Assembly (NCBI GenBank): GCA_965223325.1
Contig: CBDCWI010000001.1
Coordinates: 1,536,001 to 1,600,000, forward strand
From: Candidatus Multivoradales bacterium
GTDB lineage: Bacteria > Acidobacteriota > Thermoanaerobaculia > Multivoradales > Multivoraceae
Reading direction: 5' to 3'
Length of the DNA stretch: 64,000 bases
Shown: positions 9,607 through 19,814 of the stretch, in pieces
How the letters are laid out: the number at the start of each line of letters is the position of its first letter
Position numbering within the stretch: the first letter of the stretch is position 1
Program-made: the position numbers and the translations under genes
Notes under the pieces: model-generated
The model's input: the letters and a program-made list of their open reading frames with translations, nothing else
Told to the model about the DNA's origin: nothing
Databases searched by the model: none

Positions 9607-9926
9607 TGTTCGTCGAGGCCGCGTGAAAGCGCCCGCAGGTCTCCCAGGGTGCGCTGCAGCGCCCGCTTGCCTGGGGTCTCGAGGCGGTAGAACTTTCGGC
9701 GCCGGCCGCCGCGCACGCCGGTTGGCTCTCCGACACGCGAGCGCACCATTCCCTTGCGCTCGAGACGATCCAATGTCTTGTAGACCGCTCCCAGACTGAC
9801 GCGGCGGGCCGTGTGCTCTTCAATCTCGCGCAGCATCGCCGCCCCGTAGGCGCCGTCGCCAAGGCGCAGCAGGGTCAACGCAAGCACCAGTTCAAAGTCA
9901 CCGAGACGCTTCTCGTCACGCTTCAT
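9591..9926 (-). CDS. PadR family transcriptional regulator
   Basis: AYGAAM..EI, SLGAVYKTLDRLERKG, GGRRRKFYRL. Confidence 0.92.
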   Translation of the reverse strand: MKRDEKRLGDFELVLALTLLRLGDGAYGAAMLREIEEHTARRVSLGAVYKTLDRLERKGMVRSRVGEPTGVRGGRRRKFYRLETPGKRALQRTLGDLRALSRGLDEQWRAV

Positions 9927-10011
9927 GATCCCTACCCTTCATGGATATCGATGATTTGTACGACATTGTCACAGAAAGGTTGCAAGCGCACGACACGGAT
10001 AGTCTCTCTGA

Positions 10012-10731
10012 GTGTCGACGGACCAACACAGCCCAATCATCTTCGACTGCGACGGGGTACTCGTCGACAGCGAGGCCCTTTCGATCTCGCTCGAGGTCGG
10101 GCTGCTCGAGGAGGCGGGCTTCTCGGTGTCAGCAGACGAGATCACCGAGCGTTTCGTTGGCATGACCTACAGCGGAATGATCCAGACACTCGAGGAAGAG
10201 CAAGGGCGGCGAGCACCACCAGCACTGCGCCAAACCATCGAAGAAACCGTGCTCGAGGCGATCCGATCGAGGCTCACCGCAGTCTCAGGGATGAAACAAG
10301 TGCTCGAGCACCTCGAGAAGCGCGGTATCCCACGTTCGGTCGCCTCGAGCAGCAACCTGGACCGCGTCGCCCTATCACTAGAAGTCACCGGTCTTCGCGG
10401 CCTCTTCGAAAGCGGCAGTCTCTTTTCTGCTGAGATGGTCGAGTGTGGCAAGCCTGCGCCCGACCTCTTCCTCCATACCGCAAGAACCCTGGGCTTCGAC
10501 CCCGCCGCGTGCATCGTCATCGAAGACAGCCCTCACGGCGTGATCGCCGCAGCCGCCGCGGGTATGCGCCCAATCGGTTTCCTGGGAGGAAGCCACACGG
10601 GACCCACCCTCAAAGAGCGCTTGCTCGCGGCAGGAGCTCAGCAGGTCGTCGATTGCGCCGAGTCTCTTCTGCCGCTGCTTGACCCTAACTTGAAACGATC
10701 GACTGTCGACCATCCGGAGGCCACAGAGTGA
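10012..10731 (+). CDS. HAD-IA family hydrolase/phosphatase
   Basis: IFDCDGVLVDSE, GKPAPDLF, VIEDSPHG. Confidence 0.92.
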   Translation: MSTDQHSPIIFDCDGVLVDSEALSISLEVGLLEEAGFSVSADEITERFVGMTYSGMIQTLEEEQGRRAPPALRQTIEETVLEAIRSRLTAVSGMKQVLEHLEKRGIPRSVASSSNLDRVALSLEVTGLRGLFESGSLFSAEMVECGKPAPDLFLHTARTLGFDPAACIVIEDSPHGVIAAAAAGMRPIGFLGGSHTGPTLKERLLAAGAQQVVDCAESLLPLLDPNLKRSTVDHPEATE

Positions 10732-11294
10732 TCCTGTTTCGGCGCCACGTTCTCCTTGGCGGCTTTGCGGCCGCTCTCCTCATCTCAATTGCCACTCCTA
10801 CGACCGGTCAGAACAAGTCGGCCGACCACCAACCGAACGAGCATCTAAGGGCCTTCGAGCCCTTCCTCGACCACGTCTGGAAGGCCAAGGTCAACGAGAC
10901 CGAGGACGGCAAGCCCGTTTTCGATGTCGCGCGCTGGGAACTCGCCCTGTCTGGTCAGGCGATCCGGATGTTCCATTCGGTCAACGAAGGCAGCTATGGC
11001 GGCGAGACGATCGTCATGTGGGACCGCGAGAAAGAAGCGCTGGTCTACACCTACTTCACCACCGCCGGCTTCTTTACCCAAGGCACGATTGAGTTCGACG
11101 ACGACGGCTCCTTCAAGAGCCGCGAGTTAGTGACTGGAAACCAGAGCGGCTTCACCGAGGTGGAATCCACCAGCCGCCTGCTGCCCGACGGCCGGATGAA
11201 GGTGCATACCCGCATGCTGCAGAACGGCAGCTGGGTGGATCGTGGCGAGGTCTTCTACGAGAAGTCACCGGGAACCAGGCTGGTCCTCGACTAG
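10728..11294 (+). CDS. Secreted hypothetical protein (beta-rich)
   Basis: Signal peptide; GTG overlaps the HAD stop; YGGETIVMWD, YFTTAGF. Confidence 0.8.
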   Translation: MILFRRHVLLGGFAAALLISIATPTTGQNKSADHQPNEHLRAFEPFLDHVWKAKVNETEDGKPVFDVARWELALSGQAIRMFHSVNEGSYGGETIVMWDREKEALVYTYFTTAGFFTQGTIEFDDDGSFKSRELVTGNQSGFTEVESTSRLLPDGRMKVHTRMLQNGSWVDRGEVFYEKSPGTRLVLD

Positions 11295-11295
11295 G

Positions 11296-12552
11296 TCACC
11301 CACCTTGTTGTGAACCCGTGCGATCAACCTCATGCGCAAGACGCCTTCGGTGGCGAACGAGCACCGAAGCGGGTGCGGCGAGCAGCGCCGCACCGATCCA
11401 ACAAAGGCCGTTGTAGCCCACCGCCGCCAAGAGAAGACTCGCCGACATACTCGAGATCGCCGCCGAGACCCAGACCACCGAGTCCGCAGCGCCCTGAACA
11501 CGCGCACGCTCGTTTTGCGGCATGCCAGTGACCAGGAGCGAGCTACCGCCAACGAAACCAACGTTCCACCCCAGGCCGAGAAGAAAGAGCGCGAAGAGAA
11601 GGAGCCGGAAAGAATCTCCCGCGACAACGGCAACGAGGGCGGCGGCGACGAGAAGGGATAGCCCCAACGAGATCGTGCGCACCCTGCCACTCCGCTCAAC
11701 CAGCCGCCCTACCAGAGGCGAGAAGGCGTACATGCCGAGGGTGTGGGCGCTCGCGATCAGACCAACCGCCGCCAGGCCATGACCACCATGACGCACATGA
11801 AGCGGTGTCATCGACATGATCAAGACCATCACCACGTGACCAGTCACCATAGTGACTAAAGCCACCTGCACGCGAGGCTCTCCGACACGTGCCCACAAGC
11901 CGGCCGCAGATTGCTCGGCGACTCGGGATCGCGGCCCGTCGTAGAGCAGGGTCGTGGGGTCGGGACGCAAGAAAACGAAGTAGAGCGACATCGCAAAACT
12001 GAAGACCGAGAACGAAACCAGGTATCCACCGGCGAGCTCCGGCAACTCGAACGAGAGCGCCACGCGACCCGCCGGCGCGAGCAGATTCGGCCCGACCACC
12101 GCACCGACCGTTCCCATCCACACCACCATGCTCAATGCAACCGCTCGTTGTTCAGGCGGCCTGAGATCGGCCGAGATATAGCGCGTTTGCACACTGGCAC
12201 TCTGCCCACAGCCAATCACCAGCATCCCGAGAACAAGCAACGGGAACGACGAAACAACGGTGGCAGTAAACGCCGTCGCCGCACCTCCCGCCGCAACCGC
12301 ATAGGCAGCGATCAGCGCGCGCCGCAACCCGAATCGTTCACGCAACCGCGGCAAGAGCGACGCACCGGTCGCCACCCCCGTAATACCTGCGGCAAACGGC
12401 ACACCAGCCCAGGTCGTCGCACCAGTAATCTGCTCGGCCACCAGAGTGCTGATCGTCGTAGCAGCAACCATCGCGGTATAGCCAGCAGCCACAGCCAGCA
12501 GCAAGAACCTGGTAGTGCGGCGGCGCGCAGCCTGAAGTTGCGACTCGTTCAT
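11296..12552 (-). CDS. MFS transporter
   Basis: About 12 hydrophobic segments, MFS loop motifs ERFGLR and ERSGR, MSMTPLH, AHTLGMYAFSP. Confidence 0.92.
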   Translation of the reverse strand: MNESQLQAARRRTTRFLLLAVAAGYTAMVAATTISTLVAEQITGATTWAGVPFAAGITGVATGASLLPRLRERFGLRRALIAAYAVAAGGAATAFTATVVSSFPLLVLGMLVIGCGQSASVQTRYISADLRPPEQRAVALSMVVWMGTVGAVVGPNLLAPAGRVALSFELPELAGGYLVSFSVFSFAMSLYFVFLRPDPTTLLYDGPRSRVAEQSAAGLWARVGEPRVQVALVTMVTGHVVMVLIMSMTPLHVRHGGHGLAAVGLIASAHTLGMYAFSPLVGRLVERSGRVRTISLGLSLLVAAALVAVVAGDSFRLLLFALFLLGLGWNVGFVGGSSLLVTGMPQNERARVQGAADSVVWVSAAISSMSASLLLAAVGYNGLCWIGAALLAAPASVLVRHRRRLAHEVDRTGSQQGG

Positions 12553-12661
12553 GGACGATCAGCTCACACGAACACTGTGAGGCCAACACAGCCTACACAC
12601 CACAACCGCACTGGGGACACAAGAACCCAACCGCGACAAGCGAAGCACAAGCAACAACAGA

Positions 12662-12777
12662 AAGCGCGACGTGCGAAGCACGAGCAGGCCCCGACACCAA
12701 CCCCAACAAGCGCGACGTGCGAAGCACGAGCAGGCCCCGACACCAACCCCAACAAGCGCGATGTGCGAAGCACGAGC
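12662..12777. repeat. 46-bp tandem repeat, about 2.5 copies
   Basis: AAGCGCGACGTGCGAAGCACGAGCAGGCCCCGACACCAACCCCAAC starting at 12662, 12708 and 12754 (partial). Confidence 0.9.
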
Positions 12778-12822
12778 GCACACCCCCCCCCACACCAAAT
12801 CGGACGCTGCGGACGACCGAGA

Positions 12823-12971
12823 GGGTTCGGAGCCTGGGGCGTGCGCCAGGGAGCAGTCAGGCGGCAACCATCAACGCGATGCCGAGAAAACCTGCAACCG
12901 CCGCCCAAACCAGCAGCCCAGGAAACGTCCGAGGACCGTCGCGGAAGGCGCACGCCCCAGGTTTCGAACCC
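12823..12971. repeat. REP/MITE-like element bounded by 25-bp imperfect inverted repeats
   Basis: GGGTTCGGAGCCTGGGGCGTGCGCC (12823-12847) pairs with GGCGCACGCCCCAGGTTTCGAACCC (12947-12971); the two mismatches are G-U. Confidence 0.7.
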
Positions 12972-13008
12972 GGCGCCACCCCCACAAACTCCCAACCACC
13001 ACGAACCC

Positions 13009-13064
13009 AACCAGTAACCAGTAACCAACAACCAACAACCAACAACCAACAACCAACAACCAAC
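13009..13064. repeat. Heptamer tandem repeat (AACCAGT)2(AACCAAC)6
   Basis: Eight contiguous 7-mers ending about 27 bp upstream of the GST start. Confidence 0.95.
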
Positions 13065-13090
13065 AACAGCCGCCTTATGATCGCAGCGTC

Positions 13091-13699
13091 ATGATGAAAC
13101 TCCATCACGCCCCCCGCACCCGATCAGTACGAATAGTCTGGCTACTAGAAGAACTCGACCTCCCCTACGACATCGAAGAACACGAGTTCGCGCCCGCTCC
13201 CTCACCATTCTCGCAAACGACACCCACTGGCAAGTTCCCCACCCTCGAAGACGATGGGATGGTCATGTCCGAGTCGGGAGCGATCGTCGAGTACATCCTC
13301 GAACGCTACGCCGAAGGGCGCCTGCAGCCGCCCCTAGGTACCGCCGCACGCGGTCCGTTCCTGCAATGGATCCACTACGCAGAGGGCACCGCTCACCCAC
13401 CATTGGGGACCATCCTCTGGCATTCGATCTACAGAAAGGACGCCGACGAGGAGAGCCCGGTGATCCAGGCAGCGAGGGAGCGCGCTCACTCCACCGTTGC
13501 GCACATCGAACAAGCGTTGACCGAAAACGACTGGGTCGCGGGCGCCGAGTTCACCGCCGCCGACATCATGGTGACGTTCACGCTGCTCGCCGCCCGGCAG
13601 GTCGGCATTCTCGATGAGCGCTACCCGAAGATCGCTCAGTACCTCGGGAGGGTGATGCAGCGACCAGCGTTCCAGAAGGCCGCTATCGGCTCTCTCTAG
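13091..13699 (+). CDS. Glutathione S-transferase family protein
   Basis: RSVRIVWLLEEL, GKFPTLED, ESGAIVEY, FTAADIM. Confidence 0.95.
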   Translation: MMKLHHAPRTRSVRIVWLLEELDLPYDIEEHEFAPAPSPFSQTTPTGKFPTLEDDGMVMSESGAIVEYILERYAEGRLQPPLGTAARGPFLQWIHYAEGTAHPPLGTILWHSIYRKDADEESPVIQAARERAHSTVAHIEQALTENDWVAGAEFTAADIMVTFTLLAARQVGILDERYPKIAQYLGRVMQRPAFQKAAIGSL

Positions 13700-13745
13700 C
13701 CCTGAAGCCTCTACCGCTCAGCGCTCGAACCAACGCACTAGACTA

Positions 13746-13777
13746 TGACTCCGTCTTCGAACTGACTCCGTCTTCGA
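13746..13777 (+). promoter_or_regulatory. 15-bp direct repeat TGACTCCGTCTTCGA x2 upstream of an RBS
   Basis: Copies at 13746 and 13763; AGGAGG RBS follows. Confidence 0.4.
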
Positions 13778-13798
13778 CCCGCACCTCAGGAGGCACCC

Positions 13799-14860
13799 AT
13801 GCGCAAGAACCTAGTCCTCGCCTGCACGATCTCGCTCTTTGTCGCTGGAGCCAGCGTCGCCGAAGACGAAACCAAACGCATGGCCAACGGCAAGCCGGAC
13901 CTTTCCGGCACCTACGACGCTGGCACCGTCACCCCAGTCGATCGCCCGCCGGCCTTCGGCACCAAGCTCTACCTGACGCCTGAGGAGGCCAAGAAGCTGG
14001 AAGAAGAGGCGGCTGCACGCATGGCCGAGGCGAACCAGAGAAGCGACGCCAACCGCGAAGCGCCACAACTCGGCGGCGATGGCAACAACATGTTCGGCGG
14101 CGGCGGTGTGGGTGGCTACAACGCGTTCTGGATCGACCCGGGCTCAGAGGCCGTGATGGTCGACGGTAAGTTCCGCACCTCCATCATCTCCGAACCCGAA
14201 AACGGCCGTCGTCCGCCGATGACGCCGAAGGGCATGCGAAACATGATGACCAATTTCGCATCCTTCACCTACGTTAACGACGGCACCGCGTCCTGGCTCG
14301 ACAAACCGGGCCCCGGCCCCTTCGACGGCCCCGAGACGCTGGCTCTCGCCGAGCGCTGCCTACTCGGCTTCAGCGGCGGCCCGCCGATGCTGCCGAGCCT
14401 CTACAACAACTATTTGCGCGTGATCCAGTCCGAAACCCACGTGATGATCCTGCTCGAGATGGTGCATGACGCGCGCATCGTACGCCTCGACTCGGAGCAC
14501 GGTCCGGAGGACGCCAAGAAATGGCTCGGGGACTCGATCGGCTACTGGGAAGGTGACACCCTGGTCGTTGAAAGCCGCAACTTCCGTGAGCGAACCGGCC
14601 TCTACGGCGGCGACGAGAACCTGCACGTCACCGAGCGCTTCTCGCGCACCGAAGGCGGCGACCTGCTCTACCAGTTCCGGGTCGAAGACCCGACCGTGTG
14701 GACCGCTCCCTGGGCGGGCGAGTACACCTGGAAGTCCAAGCCCGACAGCAAGGTCTACGAGTACGCCTGCCACGAAGGCAATTACGCGATGGGCAACATC
14801 CTGCGCGGCGCGCGGTTGTTGGAAGCGGAGTACGACGAGCCCAAGAAGAGCTCCGACTGA
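13799..14860 (+). CDS. Conserved secreted hypothetical protein (PDLSG...YEYACHEGNY type)
   Basis: Signal peptide, NGKPDLSG, WLGDSIGYWEGDTLVVE, YEYACHEGNYAM. Confidence 0.88.
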   Translation: MRKNLVLACTISLFVAGASVAEDETKRMANGKPDLSGTYDAGTVTPVDRPPAFGTKLYLTPEEAKKLEEEAAARMAEANQRSDANREAPQLGGDGNNMFGGGGVGGYNAFWIDPGSEAVMVDGKFRTSIISEPENGRRPPMTPKGMRNMMTNFASFTYVNDGTASWLDKPGPGPFDGPETLALAERCLLGFSGGPPMLPSLYNNYLRVIQSETHVMILLEMVHDARIVRLDSEHGPEDAKKWLGDSIGYWEGDTLVVESRNFRERTGLYGGDENLHVTERFSRTEGGDLLYQFRVEDPTVWTAPWAGEYTWKSKPDSKVYEYACHEGNYAMGNILRGARLLEAEYDEPKKSSD

Positions 14861-14880
14861 GGGTCACTCGGAGTCCACCC

Positions 14881-15477
14881 TCATCCGCTGTTCGAGCCTG
14901 AGCCAGCTTCTTGGCCGGGTCCGGCGTGCCGGGCCCCGAGGACGGCGCCGCCAGCCAGAAGGACCAGAGAAAGGACCAGCCCGACCAGGCCTGCGCCGCA
15001 ACTCTCCGCCATGCCAACCCCAAGGAGAGCTGGATGGCTGAGCCCTGCCTCGGCGAGGGCATCAATCGTTTCTCGAATGAGGCCGGGCACCAGGCCGGCT
15101 CCCACAAGGAGCGGGACCAAGACCAGGGGCCACAGCACCCGCCGCGCGGAGAGCCACCAGCCGAAGACACCCACCGCCACAAGCAGAACAGCGAAAGCGC
15201 GGCCGCCCGTCGCTCGCAGAAGCGACAACGGGTCAACCATGTCACCGAGTTGCTCTTTGAAGGCATCCTGGAACTCGGGATCGTCGAGCTGCAACACCTC
15301 GCTCAGCTCGACGCCCGACCGCCCGGCGGCCGTATGGAGCATGGCTCCCAGGATGGCCCATTGCGCGACCGCCCACCCGCAGGCAAGCGCCAGCACGACC
15401 AGAGCGGTCCGGTTGGAGCGAAACGCTGCTCTACGGTCGCTGGATCGTCTTTCCATGATCGATATCGAGAATGCCAT
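14881..15477 (-). CDS. Hypothetical membrane protein
   Basis: Four hydrophobic segments; start 15477 or 15456. Confidence 0.65.
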   Translation of the reverse strand: MAFSISIMERRSSDRRAAFRSNRTALVVLALACGWAVAQWAILGAMLHTAAGRSGVELSEVLQLDDPEFQDAFKEQLGDMVDPLSLLRATGGRAFAVLLVAVGVFGWWLSARRVLWPLVLVPLLVGAGLVPGLIRETIDALAEAGLSHPALLGVGMAESCGAGLVGLVLSLVLLAGGAVLGARHAGPGQEAGSGSNSG

Positions 15478-15604
15478 AGGGCGACAGTTCGCCCGGGGGG
15501 CTCGGCAAGTACCTAGCCCAGGCTCGGACAACCCGAGTTGCCCCTTCACCGGACGAGGTCGATGATCACAGGATCCCGCAACTCGCCTGGAACAGGAGGC
15601 AATC

Positions 15605-15976
15605 GTGAAGAAGTCGCTGTTATTCGTTCTCGTCGTGGCGGCCGCCGCCCTCTTCCTTTCACCAGTGAACGCAAAAGACGTCCCCAGGCCAGAGCTCGTC
15701 TCCGGGGAAGTCATCAGCCTGTCGAACTACATGATGAAGGGTCTGACCGGCGAAGAGAACCTCGGCTCGAGCCTCTTCCACTCAGACGACCACGGGTTGC
15801 CCGTCGCGATCCTCGACCGCGAGAATGGCCAGCTCTTCATTGCCGTCGGCAAGCGGGCGACGTCACCCAACCCCAAGCTGCTGCCCTTGATGGGCAAGAT
15901 GGTCAATGCCCAGGGACCTGTCTATCGCAGTCATGGCGTCCAGCTGATCGAGCTGCAGATCGTCGCCGAACAGTAG
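15605..15976 (+). CDS. Secreted hypothetical protein (OB-fold-like)
   Basis: GGAGG RBS, signal peptide, GEVISLSNY..GLPVAIL pattern. Confidence 0.8.
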   Translation: MKKSLLFVLVVAAAALFLSPVNAKDVPRPELVSGEVISLSNYMMKGLTGEENLGSSLFHSDDHGLPVAILDRENGQLFIAVGKRATSPNPKLLPLMGKMVNAQGPVYRSHGVQLIELQIVAEQ

Positions 15977-15984
15977 TCGCCGGG

Positions 15985-16725
15985 TCAGGTCCGCGCGAGC
16001 AGGAAACTGAAGTCGTCCCCGGCTCCGAGTTCCTGGGGCGGAGTGCCGTAACGAAAGACCCGACAGGTATTGGTGAGCGCTCCCTTGAGCTCGATCTGCT
16101 CGCCATCGATCTCGAACATGGTGCCCTCGCGTAGCCCCGCAACGTATATGTCCCGGTTGCGTTCGAGGAACTCCACGATGCGTTCCTCACGCGACTCACC
16201 GAAGTGACCCTCCGGTGAAGCATCGAGGTAGTGCGGGTTGATTTGAAATGGCACGAGACCCAGTGCCGCCTGTGTCTCTGGCTCGACGATCGGCATGTCG
16301 TTGGTCGTGCGAATGGTCGGGCAAGCGAGATTCGCTCCCGCACTCCATCCCAGGTACGGCACTGCGTTCTCGAGCACCCGCCGGCGAATCGCCTGCACGA
16401 TTCCTCGCTCCTGCACCTCTTTGAGCAGGTTCCAGGTGTTGCCTCCTCCGACGGCAATGGCTTCAGCTTCTTCGATGACCGTTCGATGATCGGCGCACGT
16501 GTGAGTACCCAGGACCTCGTAGCCGATCGCGCCGAACTTTCTGCGGACCCGCGCCTCGTAGGCGTCGTAGCCGCTCAGACCGCCGTAGGACTGGATCACG
16601 CCCGCGTAGGGAACGAAGGCGACTCGCTTGACCTGCCTGCCGAGGAAACCCTGGATGAAGGGCAACGCATAGTCGAGGTAGCCATAGCCTTCGGCCTTCG
16701 AGCTGCTGATGAGAAGGAGCCGCAT
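15985..16725 (-). CDS. pepE: Dipeptidase E (peptidase S51)
   Basis: VGGGNT, GWSAGAN, TIRTTNDMPI, FQINPHY, GESREERI. Confidence 0.95.
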   Translation of the reverse strand: MRLLLISSSKAEGYGYLDYALPFIQGFLGRQVKRVAFVPYAGVIQSYGGLSGYDAYEARVRRKFGAIGYEVLGTHTCADHRTVIEEAEAIAVGGGNTWNLLKEVQERGIVQAIRRRVLENAVPYLGWSAGANLACPTIRTTNDMPIVEPETQAALGLVPFQINPHYLDASPEGHFGESREERIVEFLERNRDIYVAGLREGTMFEIDGEQIELKGALTNTCRVFRYGTPPQELGAGDDFSFLLART

Positions 16726-16760
16726 GGCACCAGCCTACCGTCGCCACACTGGCGCCAGCC

Positions 16761-19462
16761 TTACTCCTCTTTGAGAACCGTCATCGGGGCAATCGCGCTC
16801 GCCCGGCGAGCCGGGGCCACGCATGCGACGGCCGCCGTGACGATGAGCGCAATGGCACCGGCCGCGAAGGTGACGGAATCGTGTGGTGCGATGCCGTAGA
16901 GGAGAGCCGCCATCAATCGACCAAGCACGAGGGCGCCACCGACACCCAGGGCAAGGCCGGCAATGACCGGACGGAATCCTTGTAGAAGAACCATGCGAGT
17001 GACCTCGGTGCGATCGGCGCCAAGGGCCATACGAAGGGCTATCTCGCGGGTGCGCTGGGAGACGACATGCGCGACGACGCCATAGAGGCCGACCATCGCC
17101 AGGAAGAGAGCCAGGAGGGCGAAGCTCGACAGCACCACGAGGTAGAAGCGGGACGGTCCAAGGCTCCGGTCGACTGCCTGAGTCAGGGTTTCGATCTCGC
17201 GCATCGGCAGGTCAGGGTCGAGGCTCGCGAGGGTGGCACGAGCAATCTCAACCACCTCGACGCCAGGGCGGGCGCGCACCAGAACCGTCATCCACGGTGA
17301 ACCCATTTGACCTTGGGCGAAGTACATCTCCGGCTCGGAAACCTGGTCGATTCCGTAGCCGCGGCTGTCGGCGACCACCCCAACGATCTCGAAGGGTTCC
17401 TCGTACTGCCAGTCGAACGAAACCCCTGGGTTGATGCGCTCCCCAACTGCCTCACCGTCAGCGAAGAATCGACTGACGAAGGCCTGGTTCACGATGGCGA
17501 CCGGCACCATGTCTTCTCGATCACCGGGACTGAACACCCGTCCGTCGAGGAGTGGAGTGCGCACGGTGTCGAAGTAACCCGGAGTGACGACGTTCAAGAG
17601 CGCCAGCGGCTCCTTACCGGGCGGAGGCGTAGGCCGGCCAACGAAATCGATCTCGGTGTTCACGCGGTTGCTCCCGAGAGGCCGCGAGAGGGCACCGCCC
17701 ACTGCCTCGACCCCGGGCACCTCGAGCAGCCGCCGCTCGAGCGCCTCGATGAGAGCTGCCGCATCCGGTGACTCGTAGCGGCTGTCGGGCATCGAGAGAT
17801 AGAACGTGGTGACGTTCTCGCGATGGAAACCGAGCTCGACGTCGGCCAGCTTGGTGAAACTGCGCAGGAGCAGACCCGCCCCGAAGAGAAGCATGAACGA
17901 AAGCGCGACCTCGGCCACTAGAAGCAGGCTTCGCGAAAGGCCGCGGCCGGATCGACCGCCGATCTGACGAACCCGCAGGGCATCAGACGACAGGCGCCAG
18001 GCAGGCACAAGGCCGAACAGGAGAAGCATCGCAGTTGCCAGGGTCACCGCAAACGCCACCGAGGAGGCTTCGAGGCCGACCTGATCCAGGCGCGGCAGGT
18101 CGCTTGGAGCGAGCGCCAGGAGACCGCCCAAGAGAGCAGCGCCAAGCATGAGGCCGGCAGCCGACGCCGCAGCCGCCAACAGGCCGTTCTCGAACAGCAG
18201 CTGACGAAAGAGTCGCTGCCGCGTAGCGCCGATTGCGGTGCGAATCGACAGCTCGCGGACACGGCCAGCGCCGTGAACCAGGAGCAGGTTGGCAACGTTG
18301 GCAGCGGCAATCAGGAACAAGAGACCGACCGCGCCAAATAGCAGGTAGAGCGGCGAGCGCGCGGTCGCGGTCATCTTCTCGAGCAGACCCACGACGGCGA
18401 AGCGCCCGTCGGTGCCAGACTCCGGGTACTCCGCCTCGATGCGAGCGCCCAGGGCCAACAACTCCTGTTCGATCGCCTCCTCCGAGATACCTGGCCGACG
18501 TCGGGCGATCGAACGGATCAGGTTGCAGCCCCGGGCGCAGCCTTCGTCGGTGACATATGGGATCCACAGTTGACTCTCTTCGGGAAAGTCGAAGCCCGGC
18601 GGAGCGACACCGACGACGGTGTGAGCCACCGAACTGATCTCAATCTTGGTTCCCAGGACATCCGGCGACTCGTTGAGTCGGTCGCGGTAGTACGACCAGG
18701 AGACCAGGGTCGTAGGGTCGGCTCCGGGTTCCGCATCTTCGGCCCCGAGGTCGCGACCGAGTGCGGGACTCAAACCGAAGGCCGCCAGTGGACCGTCAAG
18801 GACCCGACTGCCGTCGACCAGCTCGGCCCGTTCCCCTCCGGTCAGAGTGAGCGGCGTCGGCGCGTAGCCCAGCACCGCGTCGAGCGTCTCGCTCCATGCG
18901 CCGAGATCTCGAAGATCGGGCCACGAGAGATTGCCTTGGCGCCCCTGTGGTCCCTGATCGAGGTCGTACCGGTAGAGCGCAAACAAATCGTCCGCCGACT
19001 CATAGGGCAGCGGCTGCAGCAGGATCCCGTCGACGACAGTGAACATCGCCGTGCTGGCACCGATTCCGAGCGCCAGCGTCAGCACCTGAACCTGCGACTC
19101 CGTGACTTCTCGTTGGAGATCGCGGCGAGCGTGAACCCCGGCCTCATGCGAAGCGTTCGGGCGGCGTAGCGCAAGTCCTGGAGAATCTGGTCCATGTTCG
19201 AAGCCTCGGAGTAACGGTCGGTCCCACTTGGAGCCGCCGAGTGAATGGGTAGAGGGCTATGAGACCAATCCGTGGGCTCGAGGCGCTCGCGGATCCCGGC
19301 AGCCAGCAGCTGGACCAGGGTGATGACCGTGCGCCAGGGACGTGCGAGACGCGACGCGGCGCGTATCCACTCCTCGGCGGTGAGTTCGAGATCGCTCCCG
19401 AGTCGGCTCCGGAACTCGGCCGGAAAGACTCGAGACACCAGGCGCAGGAGAAGAGCTGTCAT
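16761..19462 (-). pseudogene. ADOP permease copy 2, frame broken by a 35-bp insertion (pieces 19079-19462 and 16761-19085)
   Basis: QDLRYAARTLRMRPGFTLAA and VLTLALGIGASTAMF join into the family consensus when 35 nt (about 19086-19120) are removed. Confidence 0.85.
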
Positions 19463-19475
19463 CGGCCGCGGACCT

Positions 19476-19814
19476 CTAGACCCGCGCAGGCAGCAGCTGG
19501 CTCTCTTCGAGCAGGTCAACGGTGCGACGAAGCCTCTCGGCCTCGGCGCAAAGTGCCCTCCGACCCGCCGCTGTGATTCGGTAGTAGCGACGCTTCTTGC
19601 CTCGCAGGGGTTCCCCCTCGCCTGCTTCGTGTAGAAGACCGGCCGCCATCAAGCGACCCAGCGTGCGATAGAGCGAACCAATGTCTGGTCGAACGGCACC
19701 GTCTGAAAGCCGCGCCATTTCCTCGAGCAGCGCGTAGCCCCAGAGTTTTCCCACGCGCTCAAAGGCGAGCAGAAGGTAGAAGTCGGTGGCGGAAAGGGGT
19801 GATCTCTGGCTCAT
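19476..19814 (-). CDS. PadR family transcriptional regulator
   Basis: WGYALL, GSLYRTLGRL, RRYYRITAAGR. Confidence 0.92.
   Translation of the reverse strand: MSQRSPLSATDFYLLLAFERVGKLWGYALLEEMARLSDGAVRPDIGSLYRTLGRLMAAGLLHEAGEGEPLRGKKRRYYRITAAGRRALCAEAERLRRTVDLLEESQLLPARV

Noticed and set aside
11911-13108. ORFs spanning the repeat region
   Set aside because: Low-complexity translations of repeats, or antisense to the MFS gene.
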